From Octopus sinensis (taxonomy: Eukaryota), in assembly GCF_006345805.1 (NCBI RefSeq), contig NC_042998.1, positions 32,736,001 to 32,800,000 on the forward strand: 64,000 bases of DNA, given 5' to 3'. Each line of letters opens with the position of its first letter. The stretch's first letter is position 1. The notes beneath the pieces were generated by a model, which saw only the letters and a list, made by a program, of their open reading frames with translations, was not told the origin of the DNA and made no database searches. Shown here in pieces: positions 11,025 through 22,839 of the stretch. The translations under genes and the position numbers were made by a program.

Positions 11025-11244
11025 CCTTCAATCTATAAATGCTCTAATATCTATACAGCCTTGGTTTTTTTATCTTATTACGCAAAAAATTCTTATTTAT
11101 GAAATCATTTATGTATTAAATAAGGACATTATTTTTTAGAAAGTAAATGTGTTTATTGAGTTGGAAAATCATCATTATTATTCTATATTGAGTGAATACA
11201 CAAAAAATGGTTCAGACAAAACAGACAAGGTTAGAACAACAGCG

Positions 11245-11421
11245 TTACAAACATTGTGATTTGGATTTCCTGCTGTGTTCCTGATCTGGTTGATCATGGT
11301 AAAGTGTCCAGCAGTAGTCAACCAGCATACCGTCATTCCAGAAGCCTTGGCACCATTTCTCCATAGCGCTAATGTCCTGGTGAAATCATTCACCATGTTT
11401 ATCAGACACTGCTCCAAGGTT
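11245..11421 (-). pseudogene. DNA-transposase C-terminal fragment, probably Chapaev/CMC-type
   Basis: Translation NLGAVSDKHGE*FHQDISAMEKWCQGFWNDGMLVDYCWTLYHDQPDQEHSRKSKSQCL* matches the recalled motif GAVSDEHGERFHQDI..ME.RYQG.W...M.ADYCW. The superfamily assignment is from memory. Confidence 0.65.
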
Positions 11422-12726
11422 ATATAAAGCTTTATATATATAGATTAACTATAATGAAACATATTACATATACTGAGATGGTTTTACAAGGACTTGAACT
11501 CAAGCTGTTACAAACATGGCTCAGCAGAATTTTATGGTAGTCAAATTATCCAATTGAATTTTGTCAGTATGTGTAACGTATACTAACTAAACCTATAAAT
11601 CTATTGTGTATTATACAATGTGTGTCTTGAATAGACAAAACTCTTTCGTTTACTGAGAACTGGAAACATATTTTGTCTTCTTTGCATTAACTTAGAAATA
11701 GGAATATCATTTTCTGAACAATCAAAACATTTTTCCAGTGAGGAGAAAAAGAAAAGAAAAAACATTTTAAAGAATTGAGTAAAACCTAATGAAGCATTTT
11801 ATTGAAAATATTTCAGAAGTAAGTTGATATGAAAATAGCAGAGCGAAAAAAAAAAATTGGAATATTCACAATCTTATAAATATATCATAACCATAGCAAG
11901 ATAATTAAACAGAACCAAAACAAAATAAGTAAATAAAATCAGGTTTCTTTCAATCAGAACAATACAACAAAAATAAATAAATAAATAAATAAATATTCGG
12001 TAAACACTGCAACTTTCTGCGGAGGAAAAAATAAAATTATATTGGAAATTTTGTTTTCTATTAATTGTCTGAAGCTAGTTTACTACACTGCCTTTATTCT
12101 CTCCTTTATATTTCCTGGAAATTCTTCCTATTAAAAGATGCACCAGTTGATTAAAATAAAGGACTTTGTTCATATTCTTTCTGATTTTTACGTCTTTTTA
12201 GTTCCACAGCTTTTTGACTTCACACACCATTTAATTGCCTTAGAAATCCAATTCAATCTAGCTAATTCTGTGTGTATGGGTGCAAGTAAATCAAACTACG
12301 AGTGTGTGTGTGTGTGTGTGATATGTGAGGCTCTGCCTGTATCTCGTGCGAGCATCTAACCAAGCTTCATTATTGATTTAATTTTATTTCAATGGTTCTT
12401 GAAGTGCTTTCATTAGAAGATATTTTCTGCTTAGCAGTTGTTATTTCTAATAGAAGCTTGTTGTTTTAAATGCACCATGTAGGAGTAAACAATGGGCTTC
12501 ATAACTTTTTTTTCCTTTTCAAATCAGTGTCTGTTGTAGAAGCTGTGCAGGCTGAAGCTCCAAGTTATATAATTAAAGTAAATTAAAGCAAATTTTGTCA
12601 AAAGCTGGTGAACCTATCAAATACAGGTGTAGTGATGTAATCTAATGATTTAGGAAATAAGTAAGAGTATACGCTCTTTATGAGTTTTACAAACATTAAA
12701 TATAGGAAAGTAATATGCATCAATTG

Positions 12727-12983
12727 ATCATCTTCTACATGTTTTTTCAGTCATTAGACAAGGTTATGCTGGGGCACAACCCTAAAGAACTTTAGTCAAA
12801 CAAATCAGCCTCAGGACTTACTCTTTAAAGCCTGGTACTTATCTCTGTCTCTTTTTGCTAAGCCACTATGTTACAAGGACATAAACAAACAAACACCAAT
12901 TGTCAAACAATGGTAGGAGGCAATCATGGGCACCAACAAACACATACACACTTCATAATATAAATAAATACACACACATGCAC

Positions 12984-13020
<37 letters not shown>

Positions 13021-13274
13021 ATATATCATTGCCAGTGTCGCTAGACTGGCACCTTTACAGGTGGCACATAAAAAGCACCATTTGAGCATGGCCATTGCCA
13101 GTACCACCTAACTGGCCCTCGTGCCGGTGGCATGTAAAAGCACCCACTACACTCTCGGAGTGGTTGGCATTAGGAAGGGCATCCAGCTGTAGAAACTCTG
13201 CCAGATCAGATTGGAGTCTGGTTCGCCAGACCTCAGTCAATTCGTCCAACCCATGCTAGCTTGGAAAGCGGATG

Positions 13275-13338
<64 letters not shown>

Positions 13339-13490
13339 AAACGAGCTTTCAGTTTCTGTCTAACAAATCCACTCACAAGACTTTGGTCAACCTGAGTGGA
13401 AGACACTGAGTGCCATGCAGTGGGACTGAACCAAGAACTAGGTGATTGGGAAGCGAACTTCTTACCACACAACCATGCCAGCATCTGTAT
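12727..13490 (-). mobile_element. SINE-A interrupted in its central (TA)n by an RTE-3' insertion
   Basis: Tail part 12727-12960 and head part 13340-13490 flank TA runs and the insert. Confidence 0.7.
13028..13276 (+). mobile_element. RTE-3' copy nested in SINE-A
   Basis: 'ggtggcatgtaaaagcacccactacactctcggagtggttggcattaggaagggcatcc...gatgat', with (TA)n on both sides. Confidence 0.85.
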
Positions 13491-13585
13491 TGGCACTCCT
13501 CAAAGAAAATAAAGTACAAGAAAGTAACGGTTATAACTACAGCTCATCAGTTTTAATGTCTATGTAAGTGATTAGTTACCAACAT

Positions 13586-13595
13586 TAAAAATGTG

Positions 13596-13648
<53 letters not shown>
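13586..13648. repeat. (AAT)n microsatellite
   Basis: About 20 perfect units. Confidence 0.95.
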
Positions 13649-14233
13649 TTTATGAATTACAATCACTGATATAAATTCTGGTATTACTTTGGCTATAATA
13701 ATACACAAGGAATAAAATGAAATATCTAATATCCATCTAGTTGATAAATATAGTAATCAATATTCAGCTACATATGGAACTTATGGCTTGAAATCCAACA
13801 TCTAAGCATAAAATCAATTTGAGACAACTATCAAATATCCAAAATATTTGAAATATTGTATAGTATTGGAATTGTCATAAAATGTTAAAGGTTATCTTAA
13901 ACATCGACTTCAAAGAGAAACTCGTGACATAAAATCAGTCAGCAACAGAAAATCAGCAAACACCCTATCTCGTTCTCAATATGTAATTTGAAATTAACAG
14001 TACATAGCTTATTAAAATTGAATTTGATAAACAGGATGATTTCTGAGAGATAAATAGATTTCTGCTAGTTGAAGTGAATATCTTTTGGAAGAACTTTGAA
14101 AATGAGATCTGAAAACTACATTACATTTCATTCTGATGTATATGTCTTCATTTAAAGTAAATTAACAATTTAGAAAAGTATATGCAATGACAAGTAGAAA
14201 ATAGTAATGTTTTTTTAAATTCTTTCAAAGTAA

Positions 14234-14648
14234 TAGGCGAAGGAGTGGCTGTGTGGTAAGTAGCTTGCTTACCAACCACATGATTCCGAGTTCAGTCCCA
14301 CTGCGTGGCACCTTCGGCAAGTGTCTTCTACTACAGTCTCGGGCCGACCAAAGCCTTGTGAGTGGATTTGGTAGACGGAAACTGGAAGAAGCCCGTCGTA
14401 TATATGTATATGTGTATATATATATGTATGTATGTGTTTGTGTGTCTGTGTTTGTTCCCCCAACATCGCTTGACAACCGATGCTGGTGTGTTTACCTCCC
14501 TGTAACTTAGCACTTTGGTAAAAAGAAACCGATATAATAAGTACTAGGCTTACAAAGAATAAGTCCTGGGGTCGATTTGCTCGACTAAAGGCTGTGCTCC
14601 AGCATGGCCGCAGTCAAATGACTGAAACAAGTAAAAGAGTAAAGAGTA
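14234..14648 (+). mobile_element. SINE-A, full length
   Basis: Head aggagtggctgtgtggtaag, core, TA/TG tract, tail 'gactgaaacaagtaaaagagtaaagagt'. Confidence 0.9.
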
Positions 14649-14789
14649 ATAATAAGCTTTGCAAAGTAGGGGACTTCTTAAACTAAATAAAGAAGTATAT
14701 AAAAATGCTTAATTTGGAAAACATACTGAAGGGTGCTGAAAGTTCCTGGCTTTGGGTAAGAGAAAATACAGGAGGATCGGTTAATTGTG

Positions 14790-15147
14790 GTTGGATTCAA
14801 TGTAGTTGTGGCCGATGCCAGTGCCACCTGACTGTGGCATGCAATAAGCACCATTCATGAGTAGGTCGTTACCAGTGCCATCTGACTGGATTCCTGAGCT
14901 GGTAGCACATAAAATGCACCATCTGAACGTGGCTTATACAAGTGCCGCCTGACTGTGGTGGCATGTAGAAAGCACCAACTACACTCTCAGAGTGGTTGGC
15001 ATTAGGAAGGACATCTACCTGTAGAAACATTGCCAGATCAGATTGGAGCCTGGTGCAGCCTTCTAGCTTGCCACTCCTCAGTAAAACCATCCAACCCATG
15101 CGAGCATGGAAAATAGACGTTAAACAATTATGATGTTGATGATGATG
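14790..15147 (+). mobile_element. RTE-3' copy
   Basis: 3'UTR sub-repeats, then ggttggcattaggaagg, then a GAT-rich tail. Confidence 0.8.
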
Positions 15148-15449
15148 TATTTTCCTCTCAGATTCACACACTTGCTGCAGTGGTCTTTCAGTTTTTCTTA
15201 ACCCTGTAAAAGAACTCGGAAGGTTAGGCCTCCAGTCAGCCCTTTCACAATACCCTTAAAGACAGGAACTCTCCAGCGCCCCCTCAGACACATGCAAAGG
15301 CAAAAGAAATAAATGAGCTAAATACTACTTGACCTCATATTGAATTCGAAACCATTTTGCCGATATTATTCTATCAAATCTTCACCAAATTTCCTTATTC
15401 TCTGGGTTCATTCTGGATTTTTCAGACAATATTACAGTTTACTAAGGCA

Positions 15450-16255
15450 GCAAGATAGCGGAAATGTTAGCATGCTGGGCAAAATGCTTAGAGGTATTTT
15501 ATCTGTCTTTACGTTCTGAGTTCAAATTCCACCCTTTGCCTTTTGTCCTTTTGGGGTTGATAAATTTAGTACCAGTAGTGTACTGGGCTCGAACTCATCA
15601 ACTGGTCCACTCCCCAAAAATTTCAGGCCTTGTGCCTAGAGTAGAAACGAATATTTCTAGTTTATAAGATGGTGAGCTGGCAGAAACATTAGCACGCCGG
15701 GCAAAATGCTCAGCAGTATTTCATCTGCCGCTACGTTCTGAGTTCAAATTCTGCCGAGGTTGACTTTGCCTTTCCTCATTTCGGGGTCGATGAAATAAGT
15801 ACCAGTTATGCACTGGGGTTGATATAATAGACTTAATCCGTTTGTCTGTCCTTGTATGTCCCCTGTGTGTTTAGCCCCTTGTGGGTAGTAAAGAAATAGG
15901 TATTTCATCTGCCGTTACGTTCCGAGTTCATATTCTGCCGAGGTTGACTTTGCCTTTCATCCTTTCAGGGTCGATTATATAAGTACCAGTTATGCACTGG
16001 GGTCGATATAATCGACTTAATCCATTTGTTTGTCCTTGTTTGTCCTCTCTGTGTTTAGTCCCTTGTGGGTAGTAAAGAAATAGGTATTTCGTCTGTCTTT
16101 ATGTCCTGAGTTCAAATTCCACTGAAGTTGACTTTGCTTTTCATTCTTTCAGTGTCAATGAATTAAGTACCAGTTGCATACTAGGGTCAATCTATTCAAC
16201 TGGCCCCCCTCCTCCAATATTTCGGGCCTTGTGCCTAGAGTAGAAAAGATTATTA
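15450..16255 (+). mobile_element. SINE-B cluster: a monomer followed by a three-unit multimer
   Basis: The unit junction 'aaagaaataggtatttc' recurs at about 15890 and 16075. Terminal tail 'gggccttgtgcctagagtagaaaag'. Confidence 0.85.
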
Positions 16256-16287
16256 CAGTTTACTAAATCCAAAATATTAAAAAAATG

Positions 16288-18339
16288 TCATTTAAGAGGT
16301 ATCAAGCTTTTGGACCAAGTGATGAAAGTCACAGAGAGGGTCATAGGCCAACTAATTAGGGAGAGAGTTAGTTTAGATGAGATGAAGTTTGAGTCTGTGC
16401 CAGGGAGAAGCACCACTGATGCTCTATTTCTGGTAAGACAGCTGTAGGAGAAATACCTAGCTAAAGATAAACCTCTGTACTTGGCTTCTGTTGACAAGGA
16501 GAAAACCTTTGACAGAGTCCCCTGATCCCTTATCTGGTGGTCAATGTGGAAACTAGGGATAGATGAGTGGTTGGTGAGAGCTGTACAAGCCATGTAAAGA
16601 GATGCTGTCAATAAGGTGAGAGTTGGCAATGAGTATAGTGAAGAATTCTGGGTACAAGTAGAGGTTCACTAAGGATCACTCCTCAGCTCCCTCTTGTTCA
16701 TTATAGTCCTCCAGACGATGACAGAGGAATTCAAGGCAGACTGCCCCTAGGAGCTCCTCTATGCTGATGACCTTGCTCTTATAGCTGAGTGACTACAAGA
16801 ACTAGAGAAGTTTCAAGTATGGAAGGAAGGTCTAGTCTCGAAGAACCAGCAAAAACCAAAGTCTTAGTAATTAAGGAAGGTGGACAAATCACAAATCGCT
16901 TCAGGTAGATAGCCCTGCTCAATCTGTGAGAAAGGTGTTGGTAGAAACTCCATAAGATGTACGTGGTGTAAGCTATGAACACATAAGAGGTGCATCAATA
17001 TCAGAGGAAGGTTAACAGGGAAGATAATTTTTGTGTATGGAAGATACACTGATACAACAAACACGAAAAATGTACAGAAAGTAGATTCCATCACATGCTA
17101 AGGGAGAAAACTAGTTGTCAATAGCTTCTGTTACCTAGATGATCAAGTAAGTAGCAGGGGTAGATGCTGCTAGAATAAGAATAAGCTGGGCAAAGTTCAG
17201 AGTATTCCTACCTTTGTTGGAACAAAGGGTTTATTTTTAAGAATGAAAGGCAGACTGTATGATGCCTGTATGCAAACAGCCATGCTACATGGCAGTGAAA
17301 CATGGGCTGTGACTGCTGAGAACATGTGTAGGCACGTAAGAAATGAAGCCAGTATGATCCACTGGATGTCAAAATGTCAGTGTGCATGTACAACAGAGTA
17401 TAAGCAATCCTGAGAGAGAAGGTGGACATAAGAGGCATCAGATGTTGTGTGCAAAAGAGACAACTGTGTTCGTATGGTCATGTGACGTGTATGGATGAGG
17501 ACAGCTGTGTGAATAAGTGTTGCACTCTAATGGTGGAGGGAACCTGTGGAAGAGGTAGAGCAAGTAAGATATGGAATGAGGTGGTGAAGCATGATCTTTG
17601 AATATTGGGCCTCACAGAGGCAATGACAAGTGACCAAGACCTTTGGAGATATGCTGAGCTTGAGAAGACCTGTCAAACCAAGTGAGATTGTAATCATGGT
17701 CAATGCCAGTGTCATTAAATGGCCTGCTAAAAGCACCCCTCAATCGCTGGGCGATATACTGTGCATGTGAAGACCAGTTGAACTGAATGAAATCATAGTT
17801 GTGGCTGATGCTAGTGCCATCTGACTGGCACCATGTAAAAAGCACCATTCATGTGTTGGGCCTCACAGAGACAGTGACATCAAGCTAAGTGTGATCGTAG
17901 TCATGACTGATGCCAGTGTCATGTGATTGGCCCTTTAAAAGCACCCTTCAATCATTAGGTGCTATGCTGTGCTTGTGAAGACCAGTTGAACTGACTGACT
18001 GCCACCTGTGCTGGTGGCATGTAAAAAGCTCCATTCGAGCGTTGGGCCTTGTGGGGCCACCAACAGGTGATTGAGACCCTTGGTGATATACCATGCTTGT
18101 GTTGACCTGTCAAGCTAAATGAGACCAGTTTCACTTCAAAGGCACCTGTGCCATTGGCACGTAAAATGCACCCACTGTATTCTCAGAGTGGTTGGCGTTA
18201 GGAAAGACATCCAGCTGTAGAAACCTTGCCAAACCAGATTGGAACCTGGTGTAGCCCTCTGGCTTACCAGTTTTCAGCCTAACCGTTCAACCCTTGCCAA
18301 CATGGAAAGTGAATATTAAGCAATGATGATGATGATGAT
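16288..18339 (+). pseudogene. RTE-clade LINE, 5'-truncated: degenerate reverse transcriptase, C-terminus, repeat-rich 3'UTR and (GAT)n tail
   Basis: RGIKLLDQVMKVTERVI...STTDALFLVRQL*EKY...DKEKTFDRVP...LLYADDLAL (YADD at 16760-16771), with many stops. Continues into the RTE-3' end seen throughout the window. Confidence 0.9.
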
Positions 18340-18529
18340 AAGAGGCATTCTTTATCATAGTTCTCTCTCTTCGGTCAAACTATTTGCAATTTATGTTGAT
18401 TACATTTTATGGCTACAATAAACACATTTATATCTATGAAGACTAAAAGCATGCAATAGGAATAATTACAATTTATCTGAAATTTATTGTCCATCCTTAA
18501 CAACTCCAAATTATCAATGTGGGTTTTGA

Positions 18530-18990
18530 CCCTGAAAGGATGACAGGCAAGGTCGACCTCGGCGGAATTTGAACTCAGAACATAACAGCAGACGAAATAC
18601 CTATTTCTTTACTACCCACAAGGGGCTAAACACAGAGGGGACAAACAAGGACAGCCAAATGGATTAAATCAATTACATCGACCCCGGTGTGTAACTGGTA
18701 CTTAATTTATTGACCCTGAAAGGATGACAGGCAAAGTCGACCTTGGCGGAATTTGACCTCAGAACGTAATGACAGACGAAATACCGCTAAGTATTCCGTC
18801 CGACTCGCTAACGTTTCTGCCAGCTCGCCACCTTTAGTTGCTTTTAGTTTCTGTCTACCAAATCCACTCACAAGCTTTGATCAGCCAGACACTATAGTAG
18901 AAAGCATTTGTCCAAGGTGCCATATTGCGGCACCGAACCCAGAACTATGTGGTTAGGAAGCAAGCTTCTTACCACACAGCCATGCCTGTG
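18530..18990 (-). mobile_element. SINE-B multimer (18530-18835) abutting a SINE-A head fragment (18838-18990)
   Basis: Family-diagnostic strings of both families. Confidence 0.8.
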
Positions 18991-19732
18991 CCTGTATTAA
19001 ATCATAAAGCTCGCATGTCACTGTATAATCTAAAACAAAAAGAGGGAAAAAAATTGACAATGTCCCTTTGTAACCTATTGCAAAAGAATTTAGTTGTAGT
19101 TATAATTACCATAAATGAGGTTTTGTGTTTTGATTGCTCCCAGGCTTGAAATAATTATTAATTCTATTTTAAAATGTATTAAACCAACTTTCTGAGATGT
19201 TTTTATAATTCCGCAAAGTTTCAACTGAAAGACGGGTAATTAAAGATAATTGACTATATGCTTAATAATTAAAATCACTGTAACAATTAGAATAGTATTT
19301 ATTGGTGAAAGTCAGCTCATTTGATTCCCAGACTGGTCCGGGCTGAATAAAAAAAAAACAAAAAAAAAACTTCTGTGAGTTGCTATTTATATTGTTCAGA
19401 CTGTTTATTGGATTAAATTCAGTTATAATTAGCATAATTTAGATTGAATTTTGCTTGTTTGTTAAATTTATCAATGTTCTTGTATGACCATACAAAAATG
19501 CTTATACTTAAATGATCTTCCTGAATTAGGCTTCTTAATTTTCTATAGAAGTAAAGAATTTTTTATTGTTTCTATGCCGATGTGTTTTTTTTTAATGCAA
19601 TTTTATAAACACTTCTATTGTCAGAAAATATCTGCAGTGACAGTGGAAATATCTGTTGACGCTTTCAATGCAGGCAACATTAAAAATCATGGTTGTTCAT
19701 AAAATACTTTGATTTATCATATACCGGTTGCT

Positions 19733-20132
19733 TGTTTCAGTCACTAGACTGCGGCCATGCTGGGGCACCACCTTGAAGAATTTTTTAAATCTATTGAATT
19801 GACCCTAGTTACCTATTATTTTTCTATTTTTTAAAACCTGATATTTATTCTATCAATCTCATTTGCAGAATTACTAAGTTACAGGGACATAAACACACCA
19901 ACACCGGTTGCCATGTGGTGATGGGGAACAAACACAGACACAAAGCCATGCGCACCACATACACATATATATACAATGGGCTTCTTTCAGTTTTCGTCTA
20001 CCAAATCAACTCATAAAATTTTGATTGGCCTGAAACTATAGTGGAAGACACTCACCGAAGTTGCCATGCAATGGGACTGAACCCAGAACCAAGTGGTTGG
20101 GAAGCAAGCTTCTTACCACACAGCAACACCTA
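19733..20132 (-). mobile_element. SINE-A, diverged
   Basis: 'tttcagtcactagactgcggccatgctggggcacc' through 'tcttaccacacagc'. Confidence 0.75.
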
Positions 20133-20199
20133 TAATTAGTTTATTTTGAATGCTATCTGAAAGCAGTTAAAAGCTCTCTCTCCAATAACATAATTCTTT

Positions 20200-20622
20200 T
20201 ATACTCTAGGCACAAAGCCTGAAATTTTGGCAGAGGAAGTAGGGGCAGTCGATTAGATCAACCCCAGTATGCAACTGGTACTTAGTCAAAACCGAAAGGA
20301 TGAAAGGCTAAGTTGACCTCAGCAGAATTTGAACTCAGAACATAAACACAGGCGCAGGAGTGGCTGTGTGATAAGTAGCTTGCTTATCAACCACATGGTT
20401 CCGGGTTCAGTCCCACTGCATGGCACCTTGGGCAAGTGTCTTCTCTTATAGCCTCGGCCCGACCAAAGCCTTGTGAGTGGATTTGGTAGACGGAAACTGA
20501 AAGAAGCCCGTCGTATATATGTATGTATATATATATATATAATATATATATATATAATGGGAAGCTTTATGAAAATAGACAAAAGACGAAGGCAGGTGGA
20601 AAACAAACGAACAATTGTATTA

Positions 20623-20671
<49 letters not shown>

Positions 20672-21200
20672 TATATATATATATATATGCGTGTGTGTGT
20701 TTGTGTGTCTGTGTTTGTCCCCCTAGCATTGCTTGACAACCGATGCTGGTGTGTTTATGTCCCCCGTTACTTAGCGGTTTGGCAAAAGAGACCGATAGAA
20801 TAAGTACTGAGGTTACAAAAGTATAAGTCCCGGGGTCGAGTTGCTCGATTAAAGGCGGTGCTCCAGCATGGCCGCAGTCAAATAACTGAAACAAGTAAAA
20901 GTGAGAGAGTAAAGAGTACAGATGAAATACCACTAAGCATTTTGCCTGGCATGTTAACAATTTTGCCAGCTTATTGCCTTACTATAATCTTTTCTACTCT
21001 AAGCACAAGGCCTGAAATTTTTGGGGAGAGAGGGCCTGTTGATTAGATCAACCTCAGTACACAACTGGTACTTAATTTATCGACCCTGAAAGGTTGAAAG
21101 GCAAAGTTGACCTCAACAGAATTTGAACTTAAAACATAGACAGATGAAATACTGCTAAGCATTTCGCTCGGTGTGCTAACATTTCTGCCAGCTTGCTGCC
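20200..21200 (-). mobile_element. SINE-B split by a plus-strand SINE-A (20349-20918), followed by a second SINE-B (20985-21200)
   Basis: The SINE-B body stops at 'gaactcagaacataaa' and its head resumes as 'gatgaaataccactaagc' after the SINE-A tail. Confidence 0.8.
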
Positions 21201-21867
21201 TTTCTCCAATAACATAATTATGAAGTATAAGTATACTTGCCATCTCAATATGGCTAACCACAAAGGGTGGGTGTTACTGCAGCTTTTAGCCCTAGGAGAT
21301 CATCGTCTCCAGCTGTCTTTAGGCACACTATCTGTGCACTTATGGTATTTGCAAAGGGAGGTTATCCCTTTCTCATAAAACTAAGTGATACGCACGGACC
21401 ACAGTTTCGAGGTTGTTGCCTCTTGTCAATGGGCGGTAATCACCGGTTTACGATGAAAAGGAAGACCTTGTATGCAAATATTTAAGTGTTTTTCTAGTAA
21501 CTTCCGTTTTTCTAGTAATTTCCTTATTGAGATGGCTATTATACTTTACATTGATGAGCGGTTACTGTTTACATCTCGCTCAGAGATTTATTATAATTAT
21601 GAAGACTCAAATAGAAAACACTAAATTCATTAGCATGGTTTTTGATATCAAGTCAAAACACAAAATTTTATAATGTGCAAAATACATTTGCCTAAGTGAG
21701 CATCATGATTCTGCGAATCAATAGTTGTGAAACGTAAGGTGCAAAGCTGGCAGAATCATTACAATGCCAGGCCAAATGCTTAGCGGCATTTTTTTTGTCT
21801 TTATGTTCTGAGTTCAAATGCTGTCATGGTTGACTTTGTCTTTAATCCTTCCAGGGTGGATAAAATA

Positions 21868-21935
21868 AGTACCAGTTCATTATTTATATTTGGCGGATAT
21901 TTGCCCTCATCTTGTTTGTAGTTAACACAACGTTT
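21868..21935 (-). mobile_element. SINE-D 3' tail fragment
   Basis: Reverse complement aaacgttgtgttaactacaaacaagatgagggcaaatatccgccaaatataaataatg. Confidence 0.7.
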
Positions 21936-21974
21936 AGTCTGCAAGACGCTTATGCTTATGCTACTAACCCCAAG

Positions 21975-22273
21975 ACACTTATGCTGGTGCCACGTACAAG
22001 TACTTGTACAGTGCCACATTAAAGGCATTAGGAAGGGCATCCAGCCATAGAAACCTTGCCAAATCAGACTGGAATCTAGGACAGGTCTCTGGCTTGCCAG
22101 CTCTGGTTAAACCATCCAACCCATGCCAGCATGGAAAATGGATTTTAAATGATGATGATGATGATCATCATCATCATCGTTTAACGTCCGTTCTCCATGC
22201 TAGCATGGGTTGGACGGTTCGACCGGGGATCTGGGAAGCCAGAAGGCTGCACCAGACTCCGGTCTTATCTGGC
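21975..22273. mobile_element. Two RTE-3' copies joined tail-to-tail
   Basis: (GAT)5 at 22151-22165 runs directly into (CAT)4 at 22166-22177. Confidence 0.85.
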
Positions 22274-22282
22274 TAGTAAAAA

Positions 22283-22660
22283 GTTAGCTTCCTTTCCACA
22301 TGGTACTAACTTCAATCCCACTGCATGGACCTTCAGCAAGTGGCCCTTCGGCAAGTGTCTTCTGCTATAACCTCAAGCCGACCAAAGCCTGAAAAGAAAA
22401 GAAACTGAAAAGAAGCCTGATATATGTGTGTGTGTGTGTGTGTGCATGCCTCTGTCTATCCTTTACCACTGTTTGACAACCAGTGTTGGTGTGTTTATGT
22501 CCCTGTAAGTTAGCAGCACAAGACCAATGGAAAAGGTACTCAGCTTAAAAGAAAAAAATAAGACCTAGGGATCGATTCATTCAGTTAAAAACACTTCGAG
22601 GTGGTGCTCCAGTGGGGCTGCAGTCCAATGACTGAGACAATCAAACGATAAAGGATAAAA
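22283..22660 (+). mobile_element. SINE-A, degenerate
   Basis: 'ggcaagtgtcttctgctataacctcaagccgaccaaagcc' and tail 'gcagtccaatgactgagacaa'. Confidence 0.65.
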
Positions 22661-22839
22661 AAGATATAAGATATATACATGTGTGTGTCATGAGTATATG
22701 TGGAGGGAGAGAGAGAGAGAGAGTAAATAAGAGAGAGTGAGACTTAAAGAAAGTGTAAACATAAATTAAAATGTATCCGGAATGTATTTCATCAGCAAAA
22801 TCTCTAAAACTGATGATGATTCCAGTCAACTGGAATTCT

